Of a stretch of 64,000 nucleotides of DNA, positions 1 to 10,325 are shown piece by piece (positions within the stretch are counted from its first letter, which is position 1; every line of letters begins with the position of its first letter). Source of the DNA: Candidatus Poribacteria bacterium (lineage in GTDB: Bacteria; Poribacteria; WGA-4E; WGA-3G). The notes beneath the pieces were generated by a model. It saw only the letters and a program-made list of their open reading frames with translations, made no database searches and was not told the origin of the DNA. The translations under genes and the position numbers were made by a program. The stretch lies in the NCBI GenBank assembly GCA_965198235.1, contig OZ240248.1:3776001-3840000 (forward strand), given 5' to 3'.

Positions 1-1
1 G

Positions 2-904
2 AAAGCAAGGTTGATGGCGTGGTATGCTCACCGGTTTGGTAGTGAGTTTCCACTCTCGCAAATGCTCGGTGAGGAGGCTGGTGAAGTCAAAGACTATCTA
101 ACGCTTCATAGGAACAGCACATTGGCAGATGTGAAGGAGACAGCACTCATTTTAGCCAGAGAATCCGCGATGCATACAGAGAGTTTGCAGGAACTCACCG
201 GAACGAGTGACGAGCCGTGGCACAAAACCGAATCTGGAGGTATGGTAGGCAACATTGTTTATGGATTTAACGATGGGTTAACGGCGAACTTCGGTTTAGT
301 TGCCGGTGTCATCGCTGCGACATCGGATGTCTCTACGATTCTTGTGACAGGCATCGTTGGGACGGTCGCGGACTCGCTGTCTATGGGGGCTTCGGGTTAC
401 CTTGCCGCAAAAAGTGAGCAAGAGGTTTATGAGCACGAAATCGAGGTCGAAAGAGAGGAAATCCGTATCATGCCTGACATTGAGGAGGAGGAACTCGCGC
501 TTATTTATGCAGCACGAGGTGTACCGGAAGAACAGGCTCGCGAGCTTGCCAAGGAAGTGATGAGCGATCCAGAAAGAGCACTCGCAGAAAAGGTCCAATC
601 TGAACTTAAAATAGGCGAGTTACATACGACTCCGATCAAAGAAGGATGGATTACAGGATTCGCGACTGCTATCGGCGCCTTCATTCCCGTTGCTCCGTTC
701 CTTTTTACAAGGGGAGCAGCAGCCATCTGGATCTCATTCACGCTCGCGATGTTATCTCACTTTGCTGTCGGCGCTGCCCGAAGTATCTTCACCGGGCGGA
801 GTTTGTTTCGCAGTGGCATCGACATGTTCGTTGTAGGGCTTGGTGTCGCAGGGGTTGGCTACCTCGTCGGTGAGCTTTTAGAACGCTTCTTTTTTGGGAA
901 TTAA
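2..904 (+). CDS. VIT1/CCC1 family Fe/Mn transporter with N-terminal ferritin/rubrerythrin-like segment (5' end runs off window)
   Basis: VYGFNDGL, SMGASGYLAAKSE and FIPVAPF motifs of VIT1/CCC1; frame is open to the window edge. Confidence 0.85.
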   Translation, partial: KARLMAWYAHRFGSEFPLSQMLGEEAGEVKDYLTLHRNSTLADVKETALILARESAMHTESLQELTGTSDEPWHKTESGGMVGNIVYGFNDGLTANFGLVAGVIAATSDVSTILVTGIVGTVADSLSMGASGYLAAKSEQEVYEHEIEVEREEIRIMPDIEEEELALIYAARGVPEEQARELAKEVMSDPERALAEKVQSELKIGELHTTPIKEGWITGFATAIGAFIPVAPFLFTRGAAAIWISFTLAMLSHFAVGAARSIFTGRSLFRSGIDMFVVGLGVAGVGYLVGELLERFFFGN

Positions 905-908
905 AATT

Positions 909-1871
909 ATGCAGAGAGTTTACATTTCGTTATGTTTGATAGCTATTCTTGTGTTCATGGGGTGTGATTCAAAAAGGAAACCTCCTGATGCTTCCGTTGG
1001 TGGGAAACTTCGTGTTGTCACGACGATCGGTATGATTACCGATATTGTTAAAAATGTTGGTGGCGAACGCGTTGAGGTCACAGGATTAATGGGACCCGGG
1101 GTAGATCCACACCTTTATAAGGCGAGTGCGGGTGATGTGCAGAGGTTAACTTCGGCGCAACTCATTTTCTATAATGGACTGCACCTTGAGTCAAAAATGG
1201 GTGACATCCTTGCCAAGATGTCGGGAAACACGAAGACTGTTGCCGTAACAGATGCAGTTGACCGAAGCCTGCTACTAACACCACCGGAATTTGAAGGGCA
1301 ATACGATCCACACTTATGGTTTGACGTAGCACTATGGATGAAAGCGGTGGGGAAGGTTCGTGATACGCTGAGTGAATTCGATTCGGACAATACGCTAATG
1401 TACTGGACCAATGCTGAACGCTACCTCGCGAAACTTACGGAACTGCACGCGTACGTGAAGGCACAGGCAGAACGCGTACCACCTGAACAACGAATACTCG
1501 TAACGGCACACGACGCTTTTAACTATTTTGGGAAGGCTTATGGGTTTGAGGTGCGCGGGCTACAGGGTATTAGCACCGCAACAGAGGCGGGTATCGCCGA
1601 TGTTCAGGAATTGGCGACCTTTATAGCTAAGAAACGCACCCCCGCAATTTTTGTGGAATCCTCTGTTTCGCCGAGGAGTCTTAAAGCAGTCCAAGCAGCT
1701 GTGAACTCAAAAGGTTTTAATGTGGAGATCGGAGGGCAACTCTACTCCGACGCTATGGGTAACGATGGGACACCTGAAGGCACTTATATTGGGATGGTTC
1801 GCCATAATATTGATACGATTGTGACTGCACTCATTGGGGGAACATCCGCCGGTTCTGTGGTGGGGAATTAA
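909..1871 (+). CDS. troA: Mn/Zn/Fe ABC transporter substrate-binding lipoprotein (TroA/MntA family)
   Basis: Lipobox LVFMGC; [21 protein letters not shown] motifs; start chosen at ATG 909. Confidence 0.9.
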   Translation: MQRVYISLCLIAILVFMGCDSKRKPPDASVGGKLRVVTTIGMITDIVKNVGGERVEVTGLMGPGVDPHLYKASAGDVQRLTSAQLIFYNGLHLESKMGDILAKMSGNTKTVAVTDAVDRSLLLTPPEFEGQYDPHLWFDVALWMKAVGKVRDTLSEFDSDNTLMYWTNAERYLAKLTELHAYVKAQAERVPPEQRILVTAHDAFNYFGKAYGFEVRGLQGISTATEAGIADVQELATFIAKKRTPAIFVESSVSPRSLKAVQAAVNSKGFNVEIGGQLYSDAMGNDGTPEGTYIGMVRHNIDTIVTALIGGTSAGSVVGN

Positions 1872-1873
1872 GC

Positions 1874-2614
1874 ATGCAAGCCTCTGTACCGAAAGCCATT
1901 GAAGTAACCGATCTGACAGTTGCCTATCAAGATCAACCTGTCTTGTGGGATGTCGATTTGGATGTGCCACCAGGGGTGCTTTTGTCGATCGTCGGTCCGA
2001 ATGGTGCAGGCAAAACGACGTTAATCAAGGCGATTTTGGGGTTGGTACGTCCCGCGGCAGGCAACGTCTTGATTTACGACAAACCTTATGAAGCACAACG
2101 TCGGATTGTCGGTTATGTCCCACAACGCGGGACTGTTGACTGGGATTTTCCAACAAACGTCTTAGATGTCGTCATGATGGGACGCTACGGTGCGCTCGGA
2201 TGGATGCGGAGACCCGGAAAGCCGGAACGCGAACTTGCTATGTCCGCATTGGAGAAGGTCGGTATGGAAGCGTACACCAATCGGCAGATCAGTCAACTCT
2301 CTGGCGGGCAACAACAGCGTGTTTTCCTCGCACGCGCCCTTGTTCAAGATGCTACGATATACTTGATGGATGAGCCTTTTCAAGGCGTTGATGCTACCAC
2401 TGAACGCGCGATTGTTACGCTACTTCAGGAGCTCCGAGAAAACGGGAAAACCGTTGTCGTGGTGCATCACGATTTACAGACTGTAACGGACTATTTTGAT
2501 TGGGTAATGCTCTTGAACATTCGCCGGATTGCGAGCGGACCCGTTGACGAAACGTTCACACCTGAAAATTTGCGTGCAACTTATGGCGGTCGTGTCGCAT
2601 TTATGACAAAGTAG
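1874..2614 (+). CDS. troB: Metal ABC transporter ATP-binding protein (TroB/MntB)
   Basis: Walker [17 protein letters not shown] signature, MDEPF, HHDL. Confidence 0.92.
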   Translation: MQASVPKAIEVTDLTVAYQDQPVLWDVDLDVPPGVLLSIVGPNGAGKTTLIKAILGLVRPAAGNVLIYDKPYEAQRRIVGYVPQRGTVDWDFPTNVLDVVMMGRYGALGWMRRPGKPERELAMSALEKVGMEAYTNRQISQLSGGQQQRVFLARALVQDATIYLMDEPFQGVDATTERAIVTLLQELRENGKTVVVVHHDLQTVTDYFDWVMLLNIRRIASGPVDETFTPENLRATYGGRVAFMTK

Positions 2615-2647
2615 TTGACAGTTAACTGACAACTGATAACTAATAAA

Positions 2648-3586
2648 ATGGAAAATTTGAGTATCCTAACGCATCTTGATTATACACTCATGATTGTTGC
2701 CATCGGTGCTGCCTTACTTGGTGCTGTAAGCGGATCACTCGGCACCTATGCTGTTTTGCGCCGGCAGAGTCTCCTCGGCGATGCTATCTCGCATGCCGCG
2801 TTGCCCGGCGTTGCAATCGCATTTCTGCTGACGGGAAGCAAAACACCTCTGATTCTGGTGCTCGGTGCGGCAATTGCGGGCTGGCTCGGCACGCTGCTCA
2901 TTTTGAGTATCGTGAGGCTGACGCGTATCAAATACGATAGCGCGCTTGGGATCGTGCTCTCTACCTTTTTCGGATTCGGTTTAGTGCTGCATACGCTGAT
3001 TCAGCGTACAGGCAATGCGAATCAAGCCGGATTAGATACGTTTCTCTTCGGACAAGCCGCCACAATTCTGGAGAGTGATATATTGACAATTGGTATACTC
3101 GGGGGTTTTGCAATCATTGTCATGTTTGTCTTTTGGAAAGAGTTGAAACTGTTGATTTTCGATGAAGGTTTCGCTGCATCACTTGGGTTCCCAACCCGCA
3201 TGCTTGACATTCTGTTGACGAGTCTCCTTGTTATAGCGATCGTTCTCGGTTTGCAAGCTGTCGGTGCTGTCCTGATGAGTGCAATGTTGGTCGCGCCAGC
3301 GGTCGCCGCCCGACAATGGACAAATAGGCTCGGTGTGATGATGTTTCTCGCTGCATGTTTTGGGGCACTCGCAGGCGTGAGTGGAACTATTATTAGCAGT
3401 AGTGCTTCACGCATCCCAACCGGTCCAACGATTGTGTTGTGTGCAACAGTTGTGGTAGGCTTCTCGATCGTTTTTGCCTTGAATCGCGGGCTTTTATGGG
3501 ACTGGTTTCGGCACCAACGAAACAAACAGAGTCTAAAAGTGGCAACGGATAGGTTGTTAAAGCAACCGCAACGTGGGAGCGAATAG
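2648..3586 (+). CDS. troC: Metal ABC transporter permease (TroC/MntC)
   Basis: LLGDAISHAALPG motif of ABC-3 permeases; hydrophobic; operon context. Confidence 0.9.
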   Translation: MENLSILTHLDYTLMIVAIGAALLGAVSGSLGTYAVLRRQSLLGDAISHAALPGVAIAFLLTGSKTPLILVLGAAIAGWLGTLLILSIVRLTRIKYDSALGIVLSTFFGFGLVLHTLIQRTGNANQAGLDTFLFGQAATILESDILTIGILGGFAIIVMFVFWKELKLLIFDEGFAASLGFPTRMLDILLTSLLVIAIVLGLQAVGAVLMSAMLVAPAVAARQWTNRLGVMMFLAACFGALAGVSGTIISSSASRIPTGPTIVLCATVVVGFSIVFALNRGLLWDWFRHQRNKQSLKVATDRLLKQPQRGSE

Positions 3587-3592
3587 TAGGAA

Positions 3593-4702
3593 GTGATGCA
3601 AGGCCATCTTGATATCCAACTCATTGCGATTGTCACGGCGGTGGCATGTGCCTTGCCCGGTGTGTTTTTGGTGCTACGGCGGATGACTTTGATGAGCGAT
3701 GCGATTAGCCACGCGATTCTCCCCGGCATCGTACTTGCTTTTTTTCTCACGGAGAGTCTGTCCTCGCCACTCCTGATTCTTGCCGCTGCGGGAACCGGTG
3801 TGCTTACCGTTGTTTTCGTTGAGTTACTGCAACGGACGAAACTGGTGAAAGAGGATGCCGCGATTGGATTGACGTTCCCCGCCCTTTTCAGCATCGGGGT
3901 GATCCTGATTTCCAGATTTGCAGGCAGTGTTCACTTGGATATGGATGCCGTCCTTCTCGGCGAACTGGCTTACGCGCCGCTTAACCGGTTAGGTGTTTTC
4001 GGATACGATTTTGGTCCCGTATCTGTATATGTCATGGGAACGATTCTGCTGCTGAACCTCGCCTTTATTCTGCTATTTTACAAAGAATTAAAGTTAGCAA
4101 CTTTTGACGCAAGTTTAGCTGCCACGTTAGGGTTCGCGCCTACCCTTATCCACTACGGGCTGATGACACTGGTATCCGTAACAACAGTCGGGGCATTTGA
4201 CGCTGTTGGCTCTATATTAGTCGTTGCTCTCATCGCTGGACCCCCTGCTACCGCTTATCTCATGACAAACAGACTCTCGCTGATGCTCACCCTGAGTGCG
4301 ATTATCGGGAGTGTGAACGCTGTGAGTGGCTATTGGCTCGCGTATCTCTTTGATGTTTCTATTGCGGGGTCGATTGCGACAATGACGCTCCTTGTGTTCG
4401 GGTTGATTTTTCTGGTTGTTCCGAACCGTGGACTTATCGCTATCGCGCGTAGGCGGACACGCCAAAAATGGGAGTTTGCCCAAACGATGTTAGTTATTCA
4501 CCTTTTTAATCACGAGGGACTTCCGGAGGCGGAGGCGGAATCAGAGATAGCACACCTCCATGAGCATCTCCGTTGGGATCCCGCATTTGCGACCCAAGTC
4601 GTAAGATACGCATTGAACAACCGATGTGTTTCTCAAGAGGAGACACTGTTAACGCTAACGGAACATGGGCGCACTGTAGCACAGCAGGCACTTGTGCAAT
4701 AG
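3593..4702 (+). CDS. troD: Metal ABC transporter permease (TroD/MntD) with C-terminal soluble winged-helix-like tail
   Basis: MSDAISHAILPG motif; soluble C-terminal ~75 aa ending LTLTEHGR. Confidence 0.88.
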   Translation: MMQGHLDIQLIAIVTAVACALPGVFLVLRRMTLMSDAISHAILPGIVLAFFLTESLSSPLLILAAAGTGVLTVVFVELLQRTKLVKEDAAIGLTFPALFSIGVILISRFAGSVHLDMDAVLLGELAYAPLNRLGVFGYDFGPVSVYVMGTILLLNLAFILLFYKELKLATFDASLAATLGFAPTLIHYGLMTLVSVTTVGAFDAVGSILVVALIAGPPATAYLMTNRLSLMLTLSAIIGSVNAVSGYWLAYLFDVSIAGSIATMTLLVFGLIFLVVPNRGLIAIARRRTRQKWEFAQTMLVIHLFNHEGLPEAEAESEIAHLHEHLRWDPAFATQVVRYALNNRCVSQEETLLTLTEHGRTVAQQALVQ

Positions 4703-4891
4703 CGATAGACTGGCATCCTGAATCAAGAATCGTTTTCTTGAGACATTCTAATATACTGTTAAAAACAAATCTGACAAACATCGTTTTTTGTGGTATCCTA
4801 TATTATATAGTGGTGTCGGTTTTGCAATTTCGGACAAGCCCACCTCATGAAAAAGATTTGACAACTTCATAGGAGTAGTACCACGATTACA

Positions 4892-5116
4892 ATGACGTAT
4901 AAAGAGTATATCGCTCAAATCGTCTATAGCGAAGAAGACGCTTGTTTCATCGGAGATCTTGTAGGTATTCGTGATATAATCAGTTTTCACGGCGATTCTC
5001 TTGAGGAGATTCGTACCGCTTTTGAAGAATCCGTTGACGATTACCTCTTAACGTGTCAAGAATTCAATCGCTCACCACAGAAGCCTGTTTATGCCAAAGT
5101 GGCGACAGCGGACTGA
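4892..5116 (+). CDS. hicB: HicB family antitoxin (orphan)
   Basis: YKEYIAQIVYSEED...ISFHGDSLEEIRTAFEESVDDYL is a typical HicB N-terminal domain; RBS AGGAG upstream. Confidence 0.8.
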   Translation: MTYKEYIAQIVYSEEDACFIGDLVGIRDIISFHGDSLEEIRTAFEESVDDYLLTCQEFNRSPQKPVYAKVATAD

Positions 5117-5170
5117 TAGGGAAATTAGAATACCCCTCTTACGATGGGTATAAAAATAAAGGGAAAAGCC

Positions 5171-7486
5171 ATGAAACGAATCGGTTGGAAATGGTTTTTA
5201 GGAGGCATTCTCCTTCTCAATATGGTATGGATGGCAAGTGCCGATGAAACAGCACTCAAAAATCCTGATGGCTCATGGAAGTGGACCAATCGACTTATCC
5301 ATGAGACCAGTCCTTACTTATTGCTCCACGCGCATAACCCCGTAGAGTGGTATCCGTGGAATGATGAAGCATTAGCGCGTGCGAAGAAAGAAAACAAGTT
5401 AATTTTTCTCTCTGTCGGATACTCCACATGCTATTGGTGCCACGTCATGGAACGGGAGGTCTTCTCAAATCCAGAAATCGCCGCGGTGATGAACAAAAAC
5501 TTTATTAATATCAAGATTGATAGGGAAGAACGTCCAGACTTAGACGAAATCTATATGACAGCGACGCAGCTCCTGATTCAGCGAGGCGGATGGCCCAACT
5601 CTGTTTTCCTCATCCCTAATTTAAAGCCGTTTTATGCTGGCACCTATTTTCCACCGACAGATATGCCCGGCAGACCGGGGTTTCCAACTATCCTTGATGC
5701 GGTGCATGAAGCTTGGGTAACGCGAGAGGCGGAAGTCATTGCAGCAGCAAACCAGATTTCAAGGACGATTGAGATGGCAACGAGTGGCGGGTTCACCGCA
5801 CTCACTACCACACCACTGGATAGATCCCTTACGACTGCTGCATTGGACTATCTCCGGACTACCTATAATCATGCCTACGGCGGATTTGGTGGCGCACCGA
5901 AATTCCCAAGTCCTGCCAATCTTGAATTTTTGCTAAGTGAATACGAGCGAAGATCGGGGTTACAAACCCCTCCCACAGAAAATGAATCGTTGTTGAAGAT
6001 GGTGACGTATACGCTTGATATGATGGCTTACGGTGGGATGTATGACCAGATAGGCGGCGGGTTTCACCGGTATTCTGTTGATGCAAAATGGCTCGTTCCG
6101 CATTTTGAGAAGATGCTTTACGATAACGCACAATTGGCGAAAGTATACCTCCATGCCTATCAGTTAACACAAGAAGATCGCTATCGGCGTATTGCTGAAG
6201 AGATCTTCGGTTTCATTTTCCGAGAAATGACGGCACCTGAAGGTGGATTCTATTCAGCATTGGATGCTGAAACAGATGCCGAAGAAGGAAAGTATTATGT
6301 GTGGACTGCCGATGAAATTCGGAAGATTCTTGGTAAAAAGCGTGCGGCACGTTTCGCTGGTGTTTATGGCGTTGATAAGGGACCTAATTTTGAGGGTAAA
6401 AATGTTCTCTATGTTCCTAAAGGCACAGCGGCGGAGGATGCTCTCAAGGAAGTAGAATCTGCACGAGAGAAACTCTTAACGGCACGCTTTGATCGCGAAT
6501 ACCCCTTGCTGGACACAAAAATCATTGTTAATTGGAACGGCTTGATGATAGACGCGCTCGCTTACGGCTATCAGGTGCTTGGGAAGGAGCGGTATCTTAT
6601 CGCTGCATCGAAAGCTGCCCGATTTATTCTTGACACCCTGAAAAAACCGGATGGTGAATTGTGTCATGCCTATACTGCAGGTGTTGTAAAACGGGATGTG
6701 TATCTTGATGACTACGCCTTTTTTGTCCGAGGTCTGCTTGGATTGTATCAGGCTACGGGTGATAAAGAGTGGTTGAATTCAGCAAGAACGCTGACTGATG
6801 GGATGATTCGACTTTTTTGGGATGACAAAAACGGAGGCTTCTATTACACGAAGGCGGATGCAAAGCATCTGATTGTGCGTACCAAGAAACCTTATGACTC
6901 CGCAATTCCGTCTGGCAACGCTGTCGCTGTCGCAAATCTATTGGCATTTGGGACGGGTTATCGAGATTATGCTGAAGAAACGCTGCGGAGTTTCGCTAAA
7001 TCCATGTCACAAAGTCCCTCGTCCTTCATGTATATGCACTTTGCCCTTAACCGTTATCTGACCGCAGGAGAAGGACTCAGTTCTGCAGCGCCGTCGATCG
7101 TAAGCGTGACCGCTGAAGTTAATGCCCAAAACAAAGGAATATACGATGTGATGCTTCAACTCAACATTGCTGAGGGGTGGCACATTAACGCGAACCCCGC
7201 GGGTCAAGATAATTTAATTCCAACAACTGTTACGGTGGATGCTGATACCCCGTTTGAAATTCTCGATGTAGCGTATCCGAAAGGGAGATCGACACGCTTT
7301 GAATTTAGTAACGAATCCTTGAATGTTTATGAAGAAAGCCTCACGATTCCGTTGCAGTTAAAACAGAAAGCGAATATGAAGCACGACAAAAACGTCCCAA
7401 TTACGCTAAAACTCACCTATCAACTCTGTAATGAAACCGAATGTTTGTTGCCGCAGACATTAGATATTCCGTTAGAAGTGCCGTAG
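5171..7486 (+). CDS. Secreted YyaL/SSP411-like thioredoxin + alpha/alpha-barrel protein with C-terminal DsbD-N-like domain
   Basis: [37 protein letters not shown]...[11 protein letters not shown]; C-terminal GWHINAN and [10 protein letters not shown]; signal peptide. Confidence 0.9.
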   Translation: MKRIGWKWFLGGILLLNMVWMASADETALKNPDGSWKWTNRLIHETSPYLLLHAHNPVEWYPWNDEALARAKKENKLIFLSVGYSTCYWCHVMEREVFSNPEIAAVMNKNFINIKIDREERPDLDEIYMTATQLLIQRGGWPNSVFLIPNLKPFYAGTYFPPTDMPGRPGFPTILDAVHEAWVTREAEVIAAANQISRTIEMATSGGFTALTTTPLDRSLTTAALDYLRTTYNHAYGGFGGAPKFPSPANLEFLLSEYERRSGLQTPPTENESLLKMVTYTLDMMAYGGMYDQIGGGFHRYSVDAKWLVPHFEKMLYDNAQLAKVYLHAYQLTQEDRYRRIAEEIFGFIFREMTAPEGGFYSALDAETDAEEGKYYVWTADEIRKILGKKRAARFAGVYGVDKGPNFEGKNVLYVPKGTAAEDALKEVESAREKLLTARFDREYPLLDTKIIVNWNGLMIDALAYGYQVLGKERYLIAASKAARFILDTLKKPDGELCHAYTAGVVKRDVYLDDYAFFVRGLLGLYQATGDKEWLNSARTLTDGMIRLFWDDKNGGFYYTKADAKHLIVRTKKPYDSAIPSGNAVAVANLLAFGTGYRDYAEETLRSFAKSMSQSPSSFMYMHFALNRYLTAGEGLSSAAPSIVSVTAEVNAQNKGIYDVMLQLNIAEGWHINANPAGQDNLIPTTVTVDADTPFEILDVAYPKGRSTRFEFSNESLNVYEESLTIPLQLKQKANMKHDKNVPITLKLTYQLCNETECLLPQTLDIPLEVP

Positions 7487-7556
7487 TTTTTCCCAATTAG
7501 CAGTGAGGGTCCTGCCACAACAGATGTATTTACAAAGGACACCTCCCACAATTTAC

Positions 7557-8033
7557 GGGACTCCCTTAAAAAGCCCAATCCTTTAGGTTTGGGTCCACCC
7601 CAGTAACGTCCGTGCTGGAGTCCAAAATAGATTTGACATTTCGTCAAAAATGTGGTATAATTTTATGTAACTTGCTGGACAATGCTCTGACCCCGCACAC
7701 TTGTGCGGGTGTTGTCCACCACTGTCAGAGGGGGTATAAACAAGTCGCAACTCTCACTGCGAGGCAACCTTGCTAAAAAACATGTATCGGTAGCAGCCCA
7801 TAAGTTTCGTAGACGTGAAATCCGTCACGCAGGATAACTGCTACCCCCCTTTTTCTTTGGCAGGCAGGGATAGTTTCCGTGAAAGTTTCCGCACGATATG
7901 CCCTCTATCCACTTAATTCAGGATAGTGGGGAATTGCCTGCTGGTGGAGCGATAATAAGACGTTCAACCCTTTCAGAAGAACGCAGTTGCTATGAAACCG
8001 AAGCCCACGCCTTTAGGCGTTGGGTGCTATCAC
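7557..8033 (+). mobile_element. Non-autonomous IS200/IS605-family element (no tnpA/tnpB)
   Basis: TTAC target at 7553-7556; left-end AAAG guide + hairpin CCCAATCCTTTAGGTTTGGG (7570-7593); right-end GAAG guide + hairpin CCCACGCCTTTAGGCGTTGGG ending TCAC (8000-8033); both guide/cleavage pairs obey the IS608 pairing rule. Confidence 0.8.
7633..7661 (+). promoter_or_regulatory. Consensus sigma70 promoter with extended -10, inside the IS element
   Basis: TTGACA (7633-7638), 17-nt spacer, TGnTATAAT (TATAAT 7656-7661). Confidence 0.85.
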
Positions 8034-8053
8034 GAATCCTACCCAATTCTGTT
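7668..8053 (+). ncRNA. Putative structured RNA ending in a TnpB omegaRNA-like scaffold plus ~20-nt flanking guide
   Basis: Stems 7676-7685/7709-7718, pseudoknot 7685-7691/7724-7730, 7789-7796/7838-7845, 7858-7867/7934-7943; 3' part GGTGGAGCGATAATAAGAC...GCAGTTGCTATGAAACCGAAGCCC resembles IS605 tnpB right-end RNAs; no credible ORF. Confidence 0.55.
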
Positions 8054-8081
8054 AGTACGCACTACCTTGGGAGGAGCTTGC

Positions 8082-8915
8082 GTGAAAACCTTTATTTCAA
8101 GTTACACTACGATATTTTTTCTGTTAGTGACATGTGTCATTGCATTTGCTGGTGTTGTTGAGGATCCTGTGCTCTATCTCGATGCCTCTGACAACCCTGC
8201 TCATCCGAAGGCATGGGAGAACCTCGGTACCGAAGGCGGTGAATTGCTTGCCGCAGACAAACCAATGGAACTCGAAGAAGGCGAAATTAAAATTCCTACC
8301 CTCGGTATCGTCCAGCCGAACGTGAAGTATTACACCACCACGGATTCCCATCAGACCTTTGGCGGTCCACCCAAGAAAAATACCCCGCTATTTTTCGAGG
8401 ACTGGACCTTGGAGTTCCTCTGTAGGCGCAACGGTGACTTTTTTGTTGAAGAGCATCACTTCGTCGGTTTCCAGAATAGTCCAAGAGAGGGCAAGCAGGG
8501 GATTCGGCTTTGGTTCCGTCCATCGCCTCAGAATCTGGACATCTCTATCCATGCCAAGGGGACTAAGCAAGCCGTTCAACCCCTTAACATTACGCTTAAC
8601 CAAGGTGAATGGAACTGGATAGCAGTCGTCGGTACGAGCGGTAAGTCGATTGTGGCGTATCAAAACGGTAAAGAGGTTAGCAAGCAACCCGGTTTTGATT
8701 TCGATAAGAAAATACCGATAAACGACATCTCTATCGGTGCTAATTCTTGGGATGAACGCCGTCGGAATTTTAACGGTTCAATCGCTATCGTTCGAGTTTA
8801 TGATAAAGCACTGACCGCAGCGGAGATCAACGGGAATATTGATGGCGCGTTTGCTGTTGATCCGGCGGACAAACTCCCGACGACATGGGCACGCGTAAAG
8901 CGCGGCTATGAATAA
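8082..8915 (+). CDS. Secreted LamG/concanavalin-like domain protein with C-terminal V-D-P..KL..TW..K motif
   Basis: GTG start after GGAGGAG; signal peptide; FNGSIAIVRVYDKALTAAEI LamG end; tail AVDPADKLPTTWARVK. Confidence 0.8.
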   Translation: MKTFISSYTTIFFLLVTCVIAFAGVVEDPVLYLDASDNPAHPKAWENLGTEGGELLAADKPMELEEGEIKIPTLGIVQPNVKYYTTTDSHQTFGGPPKKNTPLFFEDWTLEFLCRRNGDFFVEEHHFVGFQNSPREGKQGIRLWFRPSPQNLDISIHAKGTKQAVQPLNITLNQGEWNWIAVVGTSGKSIVAYQNGKEVSKQPGFDFDKKIPINDISIGANSWDERRRNFNGSIAIVRVYDKALTAAEINGNIDGAFAVDPADKLPTTWARVKRGYE

Positions 8916-8966
8916 TAGCGCGCATATACCTCTGGGTCGCGACGCCTTTCTCTCCGCAAAGGTTTT

Positions 8967-8990
8967 GTAGGAGCTACCTCCTGATCGCGA
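8967..8990 (+). repeat. GTAG-type REP, family A (GTAGGAGC...TCGCGA); other copies 11540-11563, 16360-16383, 24895-24985 (interrupted), 55363-55386
   Basis: 24-nt GTAG-footed imperfect palindromes with shared ends. Confidence 0.75.
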
Positions 8991-9106
8991 CCCTTTCTCC
9001 TTTCGATATTGACTCTTACGGAAACAGAAATGTCTGGACCTTACCCTATTCGTCCGTCCCACTACCTTGTTCTGGATGATCGCCTCATTGACGTTGCATT
9101 CCGCCT

Positions 9107-10306
9107 CTACAACGTCCCGGCGTGCGCCCGAATCTTCTGGAACGCGTCTAAAATTTGTTGCATATCGCCTGTGTCCCCTAAGAACATGGAATGTCCAAAA
9201 CTACAGACCTCTTCTCTGTAGACTCGTTCTGCGTTCGGGCAATTGAGCGTGCTATAATCAATCGCCTGGTCCCCAAGGTATTTGCGTGGTAATCCGAGCC
9301 GATCAAACAGTTCGGGGTTGCCGAAAGGACCTTCGTTGTAAATGGGTTCACCATGCGCACCGACCCCACACGGAACACCTTCTGCGCGGAGTGCTTCTAA
9401 GAACCTGTCGCGTGAAACACCGCCGAATTCCTCAGATACAAACCGGAAATCCCAATAGTAGAAACACCATCGCGTGGCACGCGCATCGCGCGGGATCGGG
9501 TGGAGCCCATCTATCGCTTCCATGCCCTTGGAGAGATATGCAATATTCCGTTCGCGCGTCTCTACCTGCTCTTCAAACCGTTCCAATTGATTCAGTAAGA
9601 GCGTCGCTTGGAAGTTGGTCATCCGCATATTCAGCTGTGCGAATTGACCTGCCTTTTCTGCGAGTGTTTCATCGTTTGTCAGCACCATTCCGCCTTCGCC
9701 ACAGGTGAGCGTCTTTCCCATCTGGAAGCTGAATGCGCCGAGGTGTCCGATTGAGCCGAGTCCTTTTCCGCGCCATTGTGAACCGTGTGCGTGCGCACAG
9801 TCCTCAATCACTTTGAGATTGCGTCTTTCAGCAATCTCCATGATCGCGTCCATGTCTGCAGGGTAGCCGCCGTTATGCACAGGGATAATCGCCCGCGTTT
9901 GGGGCGTAATGGCTTTCTCAATCGCATCGGGTGCGATATTATAAGTAAGCGGATCGATGTCAACAATCACCGGCACGGCGTTGACACAGACAGCCGATGT
10001 CCCTGTCGCGACAAAAGTGAGCGCGGGGACGATCACCTCATCACCGGCACTGATGCCAGCAGCCTTTAGTGCGCATTGTAACGCCACAGTCCCGTTTGCG
10101 AGTGGAATCCCGTATTTCGCATCCTGAAACGCCGCGAATTTTTCACCGACTTCATCGACTTTCTCGCGTCGGTTCCACGCACCACTCCGCAAGGTCTCTA
10201 AAAGTGCGTTCTCTTCGGTTTCATCATAAATGGGCCAACTTTTCCCTAAACTTCCTTTGACGATAGGTTCACCGCCATTAAGTGCCAACTTGGTTTCCAT
10301 GTCCAT
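9107..10306 (-). CDS. DegT/DnrJ/EryC1/StrS PLP-dependent aminotransferase
   Basis: NGTVAL, DEVIVPALTF, IEDCAHAHG, FSFQMGKTLTCGEGG. Confidence 0.92.
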   Translation of the reverse strand: MDMETKLALNGGEPIVKGSLGKSWPIYDETEENALLETLRSGAWNRREKVDEVGEKFAAFQDAKYGIPLANGTVALQCALKAAGISAGDEVIVPALTFVATGTSAVCVNAVPVIVDIDPLTYNIAPDAIEKAITPQTRAIIPVHNGGYPADMDAIMEIAERRNLKVIEDCAHAHGSQWRGKGLGSIGHLGAFSFQMGKTLTCGEGGMVLTNDETLAEKAGQFAQLNMRMTNFQATLLLNQLERFEEQVETRERNIAYLSKGMEAIDGLHPIPRDARATRWCFYYWDFRFVSEEFGGVSRDRFLEALRAEGVPCGVGAHGEPIYNEGPFGNPELFDRLGLPRKYLGDQAIDYSTLNCPNAERVYREEVCSFGHSMFLGDTGDMQQILDAFQKIRAHAGTL

Positions 10307-10325
10307 GTCCCCCTTGCTATGTGCT

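Noticed and set aside
3022-3894. 290-aa antisense ORF over troC/troD (and the many other short shadow ORFs)
   Set aside because: They lie opposite well-supported genes and have no recognisable motifs.
7676-7760. Permuted tmRNA or tRNA suggested by TCCACCA followed by GGGGGT
   Set aside because: No T-loop (GTTCRA) before the CCA and no acceptor-stem complementarity; the region is better explained as the interior of the IS element.
7668-8033. Group I intron (IStron) or bona fide HDV-like ribozyme
   Set aside because: Could not identify the P7/R-S core or the HDV L3/P1.1/J4-2 consensus by eye; the element is intergenic and ends in TCAC.
7992-8081. ORF-track N-terminal extension of the LamG gene and ORF 7898-8161
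   Set aside because: They run through the IS right-end hairpin; GTG 8082 has a strong RBS and gives a clean signal peptide.
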